Shown here: one piece after another, positions 44,058 through 45,960 of the stretch
Layout: every line of letters begins with the position of its first letter
Position numbering within the stretch: position 1 is the first letter of the stretch
Virus record (IMG/VR): IMGVR_UViG_3300034197_000041
Span: 1 to 45,960 of that record
Length of the DNA stretch: 45,960 nt
From: a virus
Lineage: Duplodnaviria > Caudoviricetes
Direction: 5' to 3' (one strand)
Notes under the pieces: generated by a model
Database searches by the model: none
Seen by the model: only the letters and a program-made list of their open reading frames with translations
Told to the model about the DNA's origin: nothing
Program-made: the position numbers and the translations under genes

Positions 44058-44253
44058 CGGGGGCGGGCTCCTCGACCACGGTAAGGGTCGCGTGCGGGTA
44101 CTCCCGTTGAATCGTCTCCAGCGTGTCGGCGCGGATGCTGCCCGACCGGGGGGCGTAAATGATCCGCCCGTCGGGCAGCTGGTAGCCCGGCTCGCTCCAG
44201 GTTGCGATCACGAGGATGACGCGGCGCAGCGGGATGCGCTCAGGTGTGTTCAT
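44047..44253 (-). CDS. Small hypothetical protein (weakly HicA-like C-terminus)
   Basis: 68 aa, PDGRIIYAPRSGSIRADTLETIQRE. Confidence 0.5.
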   Translation of the reverse strand: MNTPERIPLRRVILVIATWSEPGYQLPDGRIIYAPRSGSIRADTLETIQREYPHATLTVVEEPAPDAP

Positions 44254-44504
44254 CGATCCTCGAGGGGGATGAGCGCCGCGAGCGCTGTCTGAGCCCGTGC
44301 GATGGCGTCGTGCAGGGCGCCGGCCATGCCGTAGCCCTCGCCGGCCACCTGCACGTCGAGCAGTTCGATAGCGACGCGCACGAGTCCTCCGTCCTCTTCC
44401 TCGCCGTCGGCGCCCTCGTAGCCGTAGCGTGGCGAGAGATCGACCGACCCCCCGTGCGTATCGATGATGGTCTTGAGCAGGGCCAGGATCCGCTGGTCAT
44501 CCAT
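44250..44504 (-). CDS. Small acidic protein (weakly HicB-like)
   Basis: 84 aa, VQVAGEGYGMAGALHDAIARAQTALAA. Confidence 0.5.
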   Translation of the reverse strand: MDDQRILALLKTIIDTHGGSVDLSPRYGYEGADGEEEDGGLVRVAIELLDVQVAGEGYGMAGALHDAIARAQTALAALIPLEDR

Positions 44505-44506
44505 CC

Positions 44507-44950
44507 CTATCTCCCCTCTGCCGCGCGTGCGGTGAGCTCATCCACGTAGGCCGCGAACGTCGGCGCCAGCACGGCCTTCTCGCCGGCGTTTTCCGTTTCC
44601 AGCTCGCGCTGGTAGTCGGTGGGGCAGGTCAGGACCACGCCCCAGCTGTCGGCGCCGATGTGGCCCTCAGCCGTCGCCGAGTGCCCGGGGTTCTTCGCCT
44701 CGACGACGGCGATCGCCGAGCTGATCGCCTGAAGCGCGGCGGCCTGGTCGCCCAGCGACCCGCCGACGACGTAGGCCCGGTACCCGGCCCGGGTCGCGCC
44801 GGTCACGTCGCCGTGGGCTGAGGTCTGCTGCATGGCGCTCTGGGCGTCGCTGGCGGCGGCGCGCAGGCCCCGCGAGATCTTCGCCTCCTGGCGCGCCACG
44901 AAGGCGTCGAGGCCCTTCAGCGCCCCGCTGATGTCGGTGGTCAGGCTCAT
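44507..44950 (-). CDS. Neck/tail completion protein (HK97 gp10-like)
   Basis: ISGALKGLDAF...DVTGATRAG...DYQRELE...VLAPTF pattern. Confidence 0.7.
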   Translation of the reverse strand: MSLTTDISGALKGLDAFVARQEAKISRGLRAAASDAQSAMQQTSAHGDVTGATRAGYRAYVVGGSLGDQAAALQAISSAIAVVEAKNPGHSATAEGHIGADSWGVVLTCPTDYQRELETENAGEKAVLAPTFAAYVDELTARAAEGR

Positions 44951-45324
44951 GTGGGTACGACCTCCCAGGTCTCATGCAGGCGCCTATCGGTGACGCTGCG
45001 CAGGCGGAAGGCGTGCGCGGGCGTGGCCACGCTGGTGAGCACATCGTCGGGCAGCAGCGCGGGCGCGGCGCCGGTGATGATCGCCTCCCAGCTGACCTTG
45101 CCCACGAGGCTGCCGGGCGCGGCGCTCCCCTGCTGGCCCGCCGGTCGCTCGCCGATCAGGGCGGCGATGGTGCCGACGGTGGCCACGGTGGTCGCGGCGC
45201 CCACGCCGTCGCCGCTGCGCCGGGTGACGACCCACGCCGCGCCGCCCACGCCGCGCTCCCTGAGCTCATCCTCGCGGATCGCGCGCAGGGCCGCGCGCCC
45301 GCCGGGGGAGATCGGGGCGGGCAT
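44947..45324 (-). CDS. Head closure (stopper) protein
   Basis: 125 aa beta-rich protein following the adaptor. Confidence 0.6.
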   Translation of the reverse strand: MPAPISPGGRAALRAIREDELRERGVGGAAWVVTRRSGDGVGAATTVATVGTIAALIGERPAGQQGSAAPGSLVGKVSWEAIITGAAPALLPDDVLTSVATPAHAFRLRSVTDRRLHETWEVVPT

Positions 45325-45768
45325 CTAGTAGTCCCGCTCGAGCGGCTCGCGCCCGCTCGCGTAGTACTCGGCGCCGCCCTCCCGGCCCGGGCGCGTGGGG
45401 CGGGTCACGCTGAAGGAGCCGCGCCCCGGCGTGGTCGGCGCCTCGCTGGCGAGCTCGCCGCGCAGCCGGGTGGCCAGCGCCCGCCAGGCGGTGAGGCGGT
45501 TGCCCCACTCCGCGGACTCGACGCCCTCAACCGAGGCCTTCGTCTCCAGCTGTGCGTACTTGGCGATCAGGGCCTCGGCCAGGTCGATCAGCGCCTGCCG
45601 CTCGCTGCCGCCCCGCCGGGCCAGGGCGCCGTCGTAGACCGCGTCATCGACCGGGAGCGCCAGCGGGTCCGCCCCGGCCGCCTTGACCGCGCCGACGTTC
45701 GTGTCCCCGAGGTCGAAGCGCATGCGGTCGCGGGCCGTGGCCAGGGCCGGGCTGAACGTGGCCGCCAT
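45325..45768 (-). CDS. Head-tail adaptor protein
   Basis: RDRMRFDLGDT N-terminal motif. First neck gene after the capsid once the circle is closed. Confidence 0.7.
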   Translation of the reverse strand: MAATFSPALATARDRMRFDLGDTNVGAVKAAGADPLALPVDDAVYDGALARRGGSERQALIDLAEALIAKYAQLETKASVEGVESAEWGNRLTAWRALATRLRGELASEAPTTPGRGSFSVTRPTRPGREGGAEYYASGREPLERDY

Positions 45769-45960
45769 CAGGCGCCCCCGATCTCGTTGGTCACCGTGCC
45801 GTTGGACGCGACCGTGACGCGCTGCGCCGGCGGGGGCGTCGGATCTGGGGCGGCGGGCGGCGGGGGCGGCGGGGCTGCGACGGCGGTCGCAGGCGCTGCC
45901 GGGGGCGCCTCCGGGGCGCGGGGCAGCGACGGGGCGGGCGGGGACTCGCCGAGCGGGGCC
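45768..45960 (-). CDS. Pro-rich repeat protein, 3' part (...QRVTVASNGTVTNEIGGA*)
   Basis: Its TGA (45770-45768) overlaps the ATG of the next head-completion gene (TGATG coupling). Confidence 0.75.
   Translation of the reverse strand, partial: APLGESPPAPSLPRAPEAPPAAPATAVAAPPPPPPAAPDPTPPPAQRVTVASNGTVTNEIGGA
45875..45892. repeat. Dispersed 18-bp palindrome, copy 7
   Basis: CTGCGAC GGCG GTCGCAG. Confidence 0.85.
45901..45960. repeat. End repeat identical to 30-89; indicates a circular/complete genome opened inside a tandem repeat
   Basis: Exact 60-nt match read directly from the sequence. Confidence 0.92.

Overview
The window looks like the complete, circularly closed genome (about 46 kb, very high GC) of a temperate tailed phage with a long non-contractile tail. 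The two ends overlap inside a 60-bp tandem repeat, and one proline-rich ORF reads across the junction. The minus strand carries terminase, portal, scaffold, capsid, neck, tail tube, tape measure and tail-tip/fibre genes, plus a lysis block with a glycoside-hydrolase/amidase endolysin. It also carries a second tyrosine recombinase, an MTase-Mrr fusion and an early operon (SWIM, SSB, ASCH). A divergent promoter pair with one XRE regulator sits at about 18.3 kb, followed by an attP matching a tRNA 3' end and an integrase. The plus-strand arm has three paralogous wHTH/replication genes, separate DnaA-N-like and DnaA-C-like domains, a ParM-like actin fused to an HNH nuclease, and an M23 peptidase/membrane cluster. 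The host is probably Chloroflexota (inference from protein style). Three observations stand out: (1) a self-contained CRISPR-like mini-array (promoter, repeat, one spacer, degenerate repeat, terminator) at 9340-9527 with no cas genes; (2) an 18-bp palindrome CTGCKAC-N4-GTMGCAG found seven times, fairly evenly spread round the genome; (3) the ParM-HNH fusion. All calls are from motif recognition by eye; no database searches were run.
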